64,000 nucleotides of DNA from a bacterium (GTDB lineage: Bacteria > UBA8248), in contig OY843592.1 of NCBI GenBank assembly GCA_963692865.2, positions 2,336,001 to 2,400,000 on the forward strand. Reading direction: 5' to 3'. Made by a program: the position numbers and the translations under genes. Numbering within the stretch: position 1 is the first letter of the stretch; each line of letters starts with the position of its first letter. The notes beneath the pieces are model-generated. The model did not search any database, was not told the DNA's origin, and was given only the letters and a program-made list of their open reading frames with translations. Of this stretch, positions 9,473 to 19,166 are shown piece after piece.

Positions 9473-9730
9473 CGAACCTGCTTTCGTCTTGATTGCGGAT
9501 CGGGGAAGGCGAATTTTATCCGAAACATATATCTCATTTAATATCAACAAGATAAATGGATTTTACCATTGCCGGGAAGCGCTTGAAATCTGATTTATCG
9601 AATTTTTTGGAAATTCCGGTTCGTCTCGTCTTATGGGAAATTACGCGGATGATACCATGCGCAGGCCGCTTCCGCCGAAGGACGCTTGGCGTCCGGGAGA
9701 AAGTTGAATAGAAACTTCTGAACCGGAACG

Positions 9731-10525
9731 CTAGATCGATAGCCAGCCGCCGTCGATCGCCAGCGTGTGGCCGGTCACCATCGAGGAGGCGGGGCTCGCG
9801 AGGTAGAGGATGCCGCCGGCGATTTCCTCGGGTTCTCCAAGCCGGCCGAGCGGCGTGCGCGCCTTGATCTCGGCCTCGAGCCCGGGCTGGCGCTGGCGCA
9901 GATCGGCGCCGAGATTGGTGTAGAAGAAGGTCGGCGCGATGGCGTTCACCCGGATGCCCCGGCCCGCCCATTCGACGGCGAGCGAGCGGGTCATGTTGAC
10001 GATCGCCCCCTTGGTCGCCTGATAGGGGATGTGGGGAACCATCGCGTTCGCCCGAAACCCCATGATCGATGCGATCGAGACGATCCGCCCCTCCCCCTGG
10101 GCCAGCATGTGCTTCGCCGCCCGGCGCGCGCAGACGAACGGTGCGGTCATGTTCACCTCGACCACCTCGTCCCAGTCCTCGTCGGGAAACTCCTCGGCCG
10201 GTCCGGGCCGTATGATGCCCGCATTGTTGATCAGGATGTGAAGCCCGCCGAACCGCTCGGCCGCCTCGTCGATCACGGTGTCGACCCGCTTGCGGTCGGC
10301 AACATCGAGCCGCCAGGACTCGGCGGTCCCGCCGGCGTCGCGTATCTGCGCCGCGACCCTCTCGGCCGCCGCCGCATCAATATCGGTGACCGCGACGTGC
10401 GCCCCCGCGCCGGCAAGCGCGATCGCGGCGATTCGCCCCAGACCGCCGCCCGCCCCGGTGACCAGCGCGCTGTCGCCGTCGATGCGAAACAGCGCCTCGA
10501 TCGAAACCTCCTCGTAGCCCGCCAT
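9731..10525 (-). CDS. SDR family oxidoreductase
   Basis: VTGAGGGLG, INNAG, YQATK; start MAGYEE after SD GGGAGG. Confidence 0.93.
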   Translation of the reverse strand: MAGYEEVSIEALFRIDGDSALVTGAGGGLGRIAAIALAGAGAHVAVTDIDAAAAERVAAQIRDAGGTAESWRLDVADRKRVDTVIDEAAERFGGLHILINNAGIIRPGPAEEFPDEDWDEVVEVNMTAPFVCARRAAKHMLAQGEGRIVSIASIMGFRANAMVPHIPYQATKGAIVNMTRSLAVEWAGRGIRVNAIAPTFFYTNLGADLRQRQPGLEAEIKARTPLGRLGEPEEIAGGILYLASPASSMVTGHTLAIDGGWLSI

Positions 10526-11190
10526 GGCCGCCTCCCTGAAGACCCTTCCGGTTGCGCACGCCTCGCCGCTCACCCGCGCGGTCGGGCATAGCGGGATTCG
10601 CGCCCACCTGCGCCCCCGCACCCTGCCATTTCACTATCGATTGAGCAAGAACAACCTGACGAAAACGAACGCGACCTTCGATTCGAGGGGGAGATCGGAG
10701 CTTGGCTCGGAAAGTCGAAGCAGTTCACTCAGGCGGAGATGAAACCCTGATTCCGGCGATTCGCCGAACCGGTTCCCTCGGGGCCGTCAAGGAAATCGCC
10801 AGTGGTATTTTCTGGCCTTTATCAGAAAAACCACATTTCACAAAACAAATCTTGAGGCTTGCAGAAACTCGCATCAATAATCATTCCAGCACTTGACGGT
10901 CCCTTCTTGATTTATTGATGGGTGCGTTCATTACAGGAGATGAATTTGAGAGGACGTCCACTTTTTGATGATCCCGCGATTTTTACCTGGCAGGATAAAC
11001 TTGTTTGACGCGGATCACGAATGAAGGCAGATTCAGTAAAGTGAAAAAGCGTGAGGGATAGAAATGGACGGGTCCCCCGGTCGTTTCAAGGGTACCGACC
11101 CGTAAATGCTTCAACCAGCACATGGCGTTCGTTGACATGTTCCGCTGCTGATATCGAAGATATCGGCGGGACCATTTGGGAGGAAAGATC

Positions 11191-11619
11191 ATGCAAACAC
11201 CGAACACCGATGCCCATGACGGCATCGACAAGCTCGCGTCGCGCTATGTCGACGTCGACTCCCTGGAATGGCGGCCATCGCCGCTCGAGGGCGTCTCGGT
11301 CAAGGTTCTCCTGCAGGACGAGAACGGTGGAGTCCTGACCATGCTGGCGAAGATGGAGCCGGGCGCCACGATTCCCGATCACGAGCATACCGGACTGGAA
11401 CAGAGCTATATCTTGGAGGGCTCGCTCGAGGACCATGAAGGCGTCTGCGGGCCGGGCCAATATGTCTGGCGGCCTGCCGGCAGCCGCCATGTCGCGACAT
11501 CGCCCAACGGCGCGTTGATACTGTCGATGTTCGAAAGTCCCAACATCTTCTTCGACGGCCCCGCCAAAGGCGGAACGATAGAAGAATTCGTGGCCCGAAA
11601 GCAGTCGCTCGAAGCCTGA
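11191..11619 (+). CDS. ChrR-like cupin domain protein
   Basis: PGATIPDHEHTGLEQSYILEG and WRPAGSRH; SD GGAGG. Confidence 0.9.
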   Translation: MQTPNTDAHDGIDKLASRYVDVDSLEWRPSPLEGVSVKVLLQDENGGVLTMLAKMEPGATIPDHEHTGLEQSYILEGSLEDHEGVCGPGQYVWRPAGSRHVATSPNGALILSMFESPNIFFDGPAKGGTIEEFVARKQSLEA

Positions 11620-11954
11620 CCGCCGCCGAACGATTCCATGCCAGATCCGTTGGGTAGCGGTGTTGTAGGAGTGTGGGCCGTGCTTCGACCCGAACGGGAT
11701 GGTGACCGGCGGGCGGAATGAGCGACAAAATGCGGCCCTTGCCCGCGCCACAGGGTCTGCGCCATGAGGTCGCCTGCCCGGCGAGGCAACGGATTTATTT
11801 CTTTATGGTCGGCATCGTGAAAAGGACGGTGCGGACATGAAACAGCTATAACCCGACCTGTCGCAAACGACGCAAAAGAAGCATTTCTCCACGCTGAGCG
11901 TCCACGCCTGCCTACTCCGTCTACCGGGCGGCAACGCCCTATTCTTTTTTCCGT

Positions 11955-12240
11955 GGCCGGACAGGCTCCTGCGCCTGTCCGGGGACCTGCGGGCCCTCCC
12001 GAATCTTATTGGGCGGACACATCGGTCCGCCCCTACCAATAAATCCGCCGCCTGTGCGCAGGGCAGGCCCCTGTGCCTGTCCTCACGCGGGACAACCACG
12101 GGGGGGTTGTCCCTGGCAAGTGATAGTGCTTGGGTCGTTCGGATTTTCGGGAATGATTTGCCCAAGGGCAGGGAGAAAGAAAATGGCCTCCATAGCCGAA
12201 CAGGCTCATCGCCTGTCCGGGGTCGCGACCTGTCCCTGCA
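11955..12240. repeat. Cluster of degenerate GTAG-type REP-like palindromes
   Basis: GGGCGGACACATCGGTCCGCCCCTAC (12011), GGGCAGGCCCCTGTGCCTGTCC, GGGACAACCACGGGGGGGTTGTCCC, GGTCGCGACCTGTCCCT, between convergent genes. Confidence 0.75.
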
Positions 12241-12267
12241 GGGATATCTTTCCGGTGGCGTATTTTC

Positions 12268-14142
12268 TCAACCCGCCCCGTTGCTCCCGCCGTTCCCCGA
12301 GGCGGCCAGGGCTTCGGTCACGTCGCCGAGTTTCAGCCTTTCGAGCGTCGCCTGCGTGGGAAAGCCGTTCTCGTCCCATCCCCGGATGCCGTAGAACTCG
12401 TTCTTCATGCCCTCCAGTTCATCGGGCGGGCAGTGCATCCCCTTGTGGGGGCCGTCCGGAATCGGCTCGTGCATCACCTTGTAGGGCAGCATATCGTCCG
12501 CGCGGCTCACCCCTTCGCGCACGTGCAGGGCGCGCTCCAGGTTGCAGATGCGCTCGCCGGTTTCCTCCAGCTCGTCGGCCGTCGTGTCCCACCCGGTGAC
12601 GAGGTTCAGCATCTCCGCGTATTTCTCGTTGATCATCGCCCCGTAGCCGCGCTCGGCCGTGAAGCGGCACTGGGTGATGGAATCGCCAAGCGCCGTGAAG
12701 TTCTGGGTGCGCACGGCGAAGGCGGGCTTCCCCTCGGTCGAGGTGTTGTCGTGGTCCGAGGCGTATTGCAGGGTAGGGCGGGTGTCGTGGTGGCTGCCGC
12801 CCCGCGTGCCCGTGGCGTAGCCGATGGACATGCCCTTGAGCGCGCGCGCGCTGTGCGCCGGAAGCTCGAGTCCCCGGGAGGCATATAAGAGATTCGGCGC
12901 GTCGCCGCCGATTTCTTGGGCGAGGCGCTTGCCGCCCTCCGCGAGCCTGTCGCCGAACCCCTTGCGGTGCGTCATGTCTTCCAGGAGTCTCAGCATGGTC
13001 GCGGAATCGCCCCATTTGAGCGGTTCGCCGACTTCCGCCTCGCTCAGGAGTCCCTTTTCCATGCACTCGAAGGCGAGCGAGAGCGTGACGCCCGCGGATA
13101 TGGTGTCGAGGCCCAGTTCGTCGCAGAGCATGTTGGCCTGGAGCATGACGCCCGGATCGCCGATGCCCAGCATGGTGCCCAGCGCGAAGATGGTCTCGTA
13201 CTCGGGGAGCTTCCACACGAGGCCGTCGAACTCGCCGCCCTTCATCAGGTAATTCTTGCCGCACGCCACCGGGCATTTGAGGCAGGTGGTGTGCTTGTCG
13301 AGGAAATTGTCGTGCATGTATTCGCCGCTGATGGGTTCGCAGTTCTCGAAAATCTCGCTCATGAGGTTGCGCGTGCCGAGCGCGCCCATCTTGTTGATCA
13401 TGTTCACGAGAATCGGCGTTCCGTACTTGTGGAGGGCCGCCGTGCCCGTGCGCACGTCTTCGGCCGTCTCGTTCACGTAGGTTCTGAGCGCCTTGGCGTC
13501 CGCCCAGGCGGTTTTCGCCTTGCCGCGGGCGGCGATGGCCTTGACGTTCTTGCTCCCCAGGACGGCCGCCATGCCGCCGCGCCCGCTGATGCCGTCGCGG
13601 CTCTTGCGCCAGGTGTGCGCCATGGCCGCGAAACGCACCTGACTCTCGCCCGCGGGGCCGATGGCGAGCACGTCGGTGCCGCCTTCCGTCTCGGTGATGG
13701 TGTCGCACGTCTCGCGGATCCATTTTCCCTTCAAATGGCTCGCGTCCCTGAACGCCACGCCTTCTTCGGTGAGCATGAGGTAGACGAGGGAATCCGCCTT
13801 TCCGTGCAGGACGACGGCGTCGAGGCCCGTGCGCTTGAGCGTGATGGGCCAGGCGCCCCCGAAGGTGGAGTCGAAGAAAAGCCCGGTGAGCGGGCTGATG
13901 GCCGCGGCGCACGCGCGGCTCGCGCTTGGGACTGCGGAATCCGTATAGGGCCCCACGGCGAAGACGATGATGTTTTCAGGAGACAGCGCGTCGGTGCCGG
14001 GTTTCAGGTTGTCCCAGAGGATCTTGGCGCAGAAGCCGTTTCCGCCGATGAACTTGCGGCCCATCTCCTCGCCGAATTCCTCGATGCGCGACGTGCGGTT
14101 GCTGAGGTCGATGTGCAGTATTTTCCCTTGATATCCGAGCAT
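12268..14142 (-). CDS. Aldehyde:ferredoxin oxidoreductase family protein (W/Mo bis-pterin)
   Basis: KILHIDLS..GGNG, SPLTG, IGPAGE, GRGGMAAVLGSKNVKAI, CLKCPVAC, PEYET, CDELGLDTIS, RGWDENGFP. Confidence 0.95.
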   Translation of the reverse strand: MLGYQGKILHIDLSNRTSRIEEFGEEMGRKFIGGNGFCAKILWDNLKPGTDALSPENIIVFAVGPYTDSAVPSASRACAAAISPLTGLFFDSTFGGAWPITLKRTGLDAVVLHGKADSLVYLMLTEEGVAFRDASHLKGKWIRETCDTITETEGGTDVLAIGPAGESQVRFAAMAHTWRKSRDGISGRGGMAAVLGSKNVKAIAARGKAKTAWADAKALRTYVNETAEDVRTGTAALHKYGTPILVNMINKMGALGTRNLMSEIFENCEPISGEYMHDNFLDKHTTCLKCPVACGKNYLMKGGEFDGLVWKLPEYETIFALGTMLGIGDPGVMLQANMLCDELGLDTISAGVTLSLAFECMEKGLLSEAEVGEPLKWGDSATMLRLLEDMTHRKGFGDRLAEGGKRLAQEIGGDAPNLLYASRGLELPAHSARALKGMSIGYATGTRGGSHHDTRPTLQYASDHDNTSTEGKPAFAVRTQNFTALGDSITQCRFTAERGYGAMINEKYAEMLNLVTGWDTTADELEETGERICNLERALHVREGVSRADDMLPYKVMHEPIPDGPHKGMHCPPDELEGMKNEFYGIRGWDENGFPTQATLERLKLGDVTEALAASGNGGSNGAG

Positions 14143-14192
14143 GTGCGGCCCTCGATAGAACGAGTGGAGCGGTAAAGTGAATTGGAAGCCCT

Positions 14193-14220
14193 AGTGTAAG
14201 CATTTGGGCGTTTTGTGCAA
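14193..14220 (-). promoter_or_regulatory. Candidate sigma70 promoter of the AOR gene
   Basis: TTGCAC-N16-TACACT on the minus strand, about 50 bp upstream of the ATG. Confidence 0.45.
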
Positions 14221-14269
14221 GACCGAACGAAGAACGAGGGTTTGCCGAGGGGGGAGGAACATCGTATTC

Positions 14270-14772
14270 GTAGGGACAGGCCTCCGTGCCTGTCCGAGGC
14301 CTCCGTGCCTGTCAGGCCTGCTTGATTGTGAATTATCGAAGTTTGCGTAGGGGCGGTTCGCGAACCTGCAAATGATACCCGTATCACCGTCATTCCGGCA
14401 ATCAATGCCGACCGGTGAGGGAGGGATTGCCGGAATCCAGAGCGGGGTAGGGAGAAGAAAATCCGGCTTCTCATTCTTGCAATAATTGGGGGCCGCAACG
14501 AAAGAAACAAAAGACAAAACCCCTGGATTCCGGCATGCGCCGGAATGACGAACAAAAACCAAGCCGGGCAATCGCACCCTCCTCGCTCGTGTCTAGCCTT
14601 CGTCTTGCCGTACCGCCATATTGACCTCACCCTGAATAGCCGCCGAAGGTCAAACGCGAGTGAGAAAAGAGCGTTTGTATCGAAGGGCGCTCCCTCGATA
14701 CGGCGCGCAAGCGCGCCTACTCGGGATGAGGGAAGGGTGAATTCCGATTGAAAATGGCTTTTCAGCAACCCC
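14270..14772. repeat. Mosaic of REP-like elements ending in a TIR-like end
   Basis: GTAGGGACAGGCCTCCGTGCCTGTCC (14270); CGTCATTCCGGC..GCCGGAATGACG copies (14388, 14523); 105-bp CTCACCCTGA..TATCGAAGGG..GGATGAG unit (14626-14730); TTTTCAGCAACCCC (14759). Confidence 0.8.
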
Positions 14773-14790
14773 GCATTGGTCGGAATTGAT

Positions 14791-15585
14791 TCACCACAAG
14801 GACTTGAGCCTGCCGCCATCCAGATTCAAGGATATCCCGGTGATGTAGCTCGCACGCTCCGAGCAGAGAAAGACGACCGCGTCGGCGAGTTCTTCCGGCC
14901 TGCCGAAGCGGCCCAGCGCGTTCTTGCGCGCCGCGCGGCGGCGGGCCTCTTCTTCGGAGTCGGCCTCGAGTTCCGCGGCGAGGCCCCGGGCGTTCATCCG
15001 CCAGAGCGCGGTGTCCACCCAGCCGGGGCATACCGCGTTCACGTGAATCCCCGTCTCGCCGAATTCGGCCGAAAGCGATTTCGTCATGTTCAGGAGCGCG
15101 CTGTTCGTCATGCCGCTTCCGAACATGTAGGGGTCGGGTTCCTTGCCCGCGCCGCCGATCATGTTCACGATGCGGCCCCACCCCTTCTCGCGCATCCCGG
15201 GCTCCACGAGGCGGATGAGCCTCAGGAAACCGAACAGCTTGGTGTCGAGCTGTTTCTGAAGGGCGTCGTCATCGAGCGCTTCGAACCTGCCCGAACTCAT
15301 GGTGCCCGCGTTGTTCACCAGAATGTCGATGGATCCGAGTTTTTCCTGCGCCTTCCCGACCAGGGGCGCGAGTTCGGCTTCGTTCGAGGTGTCGGCCGCG
15401 GCGTAGTGGATTTCGCCTCCCGTCTCATCGGCCAATTGCGCGCAGGTCTCGGCGAGGGCTTCTTCGTTTCTCGCGCAGGTGAAGACGCGGACGCCCTCTT
15501 CCAGGAAGCGCCTCGCCGTCTCCTTGCCGATGCCCCGGCTGCCGCCGGTCACCAGCGCCGCTTTTCCCTCGATGCCTAAGTCCAC
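14791..15585 (-). CDS. SDR family oxidoreductase
   Basis: LVTGGSRGIG, LVNNAG, VNAVCPG; atypical active site (SGMTN instead of YxxxK). Confidence 0.92.
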   Translation of the reverse strand: MDLGIEGKAALVTGGSRGIGKETARRFLEEGVRVFTCARNEEALAETCAQLADETGGEIHYAAADTSNEAELAPLVGKAQEKLGSIDILVNNAGTMSSGRFEALDDDALQKQLDTKLFGFLRLIRLVEPGMREKGWGRIVNMIGGAGKEPDPYMFGSGMTNSALLNMTKSLSAEFGETGIHVNAVCPGWVDTALWRMNARGLAAELEADSEEEARRRAARKNALGRFGRPEELADAVVFLCSERASYITGISLNLDGGRLKSLW

Positions 15586-15606
15586 AATTGTCCTCTCATC
15601 GAAAAA

Positions 15607-15634
15607 GTAGGGACAGGTCGCGACCTGTCCCTAC
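15607..15634. repeat. Perfect 28-bp palindrome (GTAG...CTAC REP-like)
   Basis: GTAGGGACAGGTCGCGACCTGTCCCTAC equals its own reverse complement. Confidence 0.9.
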
Positions 15635-15664
15635 CAGGAACGATTCTTAATCAAACCCAACCAC

Positions 15665-16255
15665 CTAACCCGACACCTGCGCGACTTCCTCCCATTCCTT
15701 CCAGCCGATGATGTCGTCCGGCGGCTCCACGGGGTTGTGGAGGCCGTCCTGCAGGCGGTTCCAGGCGTTGAACAGGCAGGTGAACAGGGTGAGTTCCACG
15801 ATGTCCTTTTCGCTGAAAAATTGTTTAAGCGGCGCGAAACAGGCGTCGTCTGCGGCGGCCGTGTTTCTCGTCAGGGCGGTCGCCCAGCGGATCACCGCCT
15901 TTTCGCGCTCATCGAAGAGATCGCTGTCTTCCCATCCATCGACTATCAGGGAGATATGTTCGTCGTTCAGACCGGCAGCTTGACCAAGCTTTACGTTGTG
16001 GTTCGTTCATATCTCGCAGTCGTTGATGAGAGAAGGCGTCAGGATCGCCAGTTGCATCAGGCGCATTCTCTCCGGCTCGGCCCGCCACTGGCTTCTCAGG
16101 GCCACCGTCAGGCTCATGATGTGGCGCAGGGCTTCGGGCGAATGGGCCAGGGCGCGGTAGAAACTGGGCACCGTGCCCCATCTTTCCCTCGATTGCTCAA
16201 AGAGCGGTTCGTGATCGCCCGCAGCGTCATCGGGCACCGGCGTGATTCTGGACAT
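15665..16255 (-). CDS. AhpD/carboxymuconolactone decarboxylase-family protein, probable selenoprotein (CEIU, TGA at 16007-16009)
   Basis: The two track ORFs share one frame: ...SLINDCEI-TGA-TNHNVKLGQAAGL...FDEREKAVIRWATALT...DIVELT..CLFNAWNR; TGA sits at the second Cys of CxxC-x2-H; SD AAGGAGG; 196 aa. Confidence 0.88.
15977..15990 (-). promoter_or_regulatory. Candidate bacterial SECIS hairpin
   Basis: AGCUU-GGUC-AAGCU begins 16 nt after the UGA; loop resembles the GGUC apex of the E. coli fdhF SECIS. Confidence 0.65.
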
Positions 16256-16367
16256 CTCGGCCTCCTTCTTCGGGGTTCGCAACAAATCATGTGTAGTCAT
16301 CATTTTGCATCATTTTTAGCAGATTTTGGGAGGCGCGACCAAGGGGGAAGCCAACCAAGCGGAGAGG

Positions 16368-16587
16368 AAATTCACCCCCCCCTTGAGGGGGCTGTTGAAA
16401 AAGCCGTGCAGGAGAAAAGCAGAGGGGTTTGTAGGGGCCGCATATCATGCGGCCCGTTCACAGGAGGCATGAAAATCCGGGTCGCATGATATGCGACCCC
16501 TACAAACCCTACGGCAAGGCGGTGCCCCGTCGCCGTCATACCGGCATTGCAGGGTTTTCACAGCCTCCTCAAAGGGGGAGTGAATTT
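16368..16587. mobile_element. MITE-like element with ~33-bp imperfect terminal inverted repeats carrying a REP doublet
   Basis: AAATTCACCCCCCCCTTGAGGGGGCTGTTGAAAA / TTTTCACAGCCTCCTCAAAGGGGGAGTGAATTT enclosing GTAGGGGCCGCATATCATGCGGCCCG...CGGGTCGCATGATATGCGACCCCTAC (16431-16503). Confidence 0.7.
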
Positions 16588-16691
16588 GAGGTTGCATTGT
16601 TTCGAGATTCATCTCGTCCCACCCCCCTTTGCGGTGCGCATCACCCCCTGCTATAAGTCGCCTTGCCGCATGAGCATAAAGGGGAACTCCG

Positions 16692-17402
16692 ATGGAGCAT
16701 CAAAAAATCCTCATCATCTGCGCGCACCCCGACGACATCGAGTTCCGCTGCGCGGGCTCGGTCGCCAGGTGGACCCGCGAGGGCAGGCGCGTGGCGTATT
16801 GCCTCGCCACGAGCGGGGACAAGGGCGTGAACGGCCCCGAATCGCGCCGCATGACCATCGACGAAAAACGCGCGATACGCGAGAGCGAACAGCGCGCGGC
16901 GGCGGCCGTCGTGGGCGTGGAGCAGGTTCATTTCCTGCGCCATACGGACGGAGAGTTGCGCAATACGGCAGAACTCAGGCGCGACCTCGTGCGCGTGATG
17001 AGGGAATGCAAACCGGACCTCGTGAGCGCCGACGACCCGGCGAACGACGCCTTCGACAGCTTCTACGGCTACCACCGCGACCACCGCGCCGTCGCCAGGG
17101 CGGCCTTCGACGCGCTCTATCCCGCCGTGGGGAACGAGAACTATTTCCCCGAACTGCTGGCGGAGGGCCTGGAGCCGCATCATCCCAGGGAAGCCTGGTT
17201 CAAGACGATTCGCGGCGCCGACACCTGGGTGGACATCACCGACACGTTCGACCTGAAAATTAAGGCGCTCCATTGTCACAAGAGCCAGGTCAATGAGTCA
17301 GAAGACCTTATCACCCACCTGCGGGACTGGGCGAAGCGCTCGGGCGAAGCGGGCGGCCTCGAATGCGCCGAATCCTACCGGCGCATGGAGGTGCCGGGGT
17401 AG
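16692..17402 (+). CDS. PIG-L / LmbE family deacetylase
   Basis: AHPDDIE, ATSGDKG, RESEQ, DGEL, HRDH, KIKALHCHKSQ. Confidence 0.95.
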   Translation: MEHQKILIICAHPDDIEFRCAGSVARWTREGRRVAYCLATSGDKGVNGPESRRMTIDEKRAIRESEQRAAAAVVGVEQVHFLRHTDGELRNTAELRRDLVRVMRECKPDLVSADDPANDAFDSFYGYHRDHRAVARAAFDALYPAVGNENYFPELLAEGLEPHHPREAWFKTIRGADTWVDITDTFDLKIKALHCHKSQVNESEDLITHLRDWAKRSGEAGGLECAESYRRMEVPG

Positions 17403-17422
17403 GGGACGAACCAGACTGATGA

Positions 17423-17746
17423 GGTGGTTGTTGAAGAGCCCCTTGGCAAGGGGGGTTGGGGGGTTCGTAGGGGCCGTTCGTGAACGGCCCTCCTTTGAGG
17501 AAAAACGGGCGCTTCACGAAGCGCCCCTACGGGAACACCCCTTCGAGAGACCACAATGCTCGTCATTCCGGCGAAAGCCGGAATCCATTTTCGCCTTTTG
17601 CCTTTCATCAGTAGGGGCGGGCCCCTGTGCCCGCCCAATGACGGACAGGCACGGGGACCTGTCCCTACGGAACCCTGCAATGTAATGAAGGTGTAGTCGG
17701 ACAGGTCGCGACCTGTGGGACAGCCCCGAGGAGGGGCTGTCACTAC
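17423..17746. repeat. REP mosaic between convergent genes
   Basis: Degenerate TIR GGTTGTTGAAGAG; GTAG doublets 17467-17530 and 17611-17668; CGTCATTCCGGCGAAAGCCGGAATCC at 17561. Confidence 0.85.
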
Positions 17747-17762
17747 AGCAGATGTTCCACCA

Positions 17763-18074
17763 TCACCCCATCGTCGAATCGACGGCTTCGAGGAATTTCA
17801 CGCCCACGGGTTCGGCGAGGAGATCCGGCAGCTTCTCTCTGAAATTCTTGTAGTGCGGCTCTTCGCGGTGCGCGTCGAGCGCGGCCTGTGATTTCCAGCA
17901 CTCGATGAAGTGAAACGCGCCCGCCTCGTCCGTCGCCCGGTACAGGTTGTAGAAAATGCACCCCTCCTCGGCGCGCGAGGGCGCGCACATGCCGCCCAAA
18001 AGTTCGGCCATCTCGTCTTCTCGTCCGGGCTCGGGCTTCAGCCAAGCGATCAGGAACACCCTTTCGTCCGCCAT
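17763..18074 (-). CDS. Antibiotic biosynthesis monooxygenase (ABM) family protein
   Basis: PSRAEEGCIFYNLY...FIECWKSQAALDAHREEPHY; SD AGGAGG. Confidence 0.92.
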   Translation of the reverse strand: MADERVFLIAWLKPEPGREDEMAELLGGMCAPSRAEEGCIFYNLYRATDEAGAFHFIECWKSQAALDAHREEPHYKNFREKLPDLLAEPVGVKFLEAVDSTMG

Positions 18075-18230
18075 TTTCCGCCTCCTGGTCATGGAATGAA
18101 AAATCAAGTTGTATGGAGGCGTATTCTACGCCCAAGGCGGAATTGTGGCCAGACGAGGCGGGCGCGACCCGGCTGAAGAAGAGTCGTCCGGCGTCTCGCC
18201 TCACGAGAGCTTGGAGTGTATATTCCGCCC

Positions 18231-19133
18231 ATGGTCGAGTGGATATCATCATGGGGGAGTCCCGAGTTTCTCGCCGTGGCGACCTCGTTCAGCTATTCCA
18301 TCACGCTCATTTCGGTGCGCCGGGCGATGACGACCGGAAGCCCCTTGATGAGCATCATCGTCCTGAACTCGCTGGTGAGCATCGCGGGGCTTGCGACCGC
18401 CGCGATTCTGGGCACGCTGGCGTCCACCAACGTGAGGGCGCTCGGCTGGTTCGCGCTCACGGGCATGGCCGGCCACGGCACGGGGAGCCTCATCTTCTTC
18501 TCGGCCATCGAGCGTCTGGGCGTGAGCCGGGCCACGGCCGTCCATGCCTCGTCTCCTTTATGGGGCGTGGTCTTCGCCGTCATCATTCTGGGCGAACAGC
18601 CGGAGATATATGTGCTCCTGGGAACCTTAGGGATTGTGGGAGGCGTGTTTCTGCTCTCCTGGCCGGGCGGGGAAGGAGGGAAGGCAAAACGCGGGGAGCC
18701 GGTTCGCAGGGACTATCTTTTGCCGCTTTCCTCATCCGTGTGTTATGCGACGGTGCCCGTGTTCGCCAAGCTGGGCCTGGCGGAGCACGAGGCGCCTTAT
18801 CTGGGATTCGGCGTGGCGTTCGGCTCGGGCCTTTTGCTCATGCTGGCCGCGAGGCGCATGATGCCCGGCGGCGGGGTGATACGGGGGAATATGGCGACGT
18901 TGAGGGCGCTCCTCGTCGGGCTTCCGTTCAACATCGTCGCCGCGTTTTTGATGTGGACGGCGTTCGTGGCGGGTATGGTGTCGAGCGTCTTGCCGTTGAG
19001 CCGGATGACGCCCCTTTGGGTGATCCTGTTCAGTTTTCTGTTTCTGGGGAAAATAGAGCGCGTGGTGATGAAGACCGTGTTCGCCGCGTGCCTCGTGGTG
19101 GCCGGTGGGGTGATGATCACCCTGTTCCGCTAG
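18231..19133 (+). CDS. DMT/EamA family transporter (paralog 1)
   Basis: About 10 hydrophobic segments; AIERLGVSRA, SPLWGVVFAVIILGE. Confidence 0.92.
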   Translation: MVEWISSWGSPEFLAVATSFSYSITLISVRRAMTTGSPLMSIIVLNSLVSIAGLATAAILGTLASTNVRALGWFALTGMAGHGTGSLIFFSAIERLGVSRATAVHASSPLWGVVFAVIILGEQPEIYVLLGTLGIVGGVFLLSWPGGEGGKAKRGEPVRRDYLLPLSSSVCYATVPVFAKLGLAEHEAPYLGFGVAFGSGLLLMLAARRMMPGGGVIRGNMATLRALLVGLPFNIVAAFLMWTAFVAGMVSSVLPLSRMTPLWVILFSFLFLGKIERVVMKTVFAACLVVAGGVMITLFR

Positions 19134-19166
19134 CACACCCATAGCGAGGCGTATCACCAGGGAGCC

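Noticed and set aside
9535-9555. TATCAACAAGATA as an IHF/att-type site
   Set aside because: One mismatch to a short degenerate consensus and no integrase or partner site.
11625-11710. Minus-strand peptide HSYNTATQRIWHGIVRR as an integrase relic
   Set aside because: Too short, with no catalytic residues to support it.
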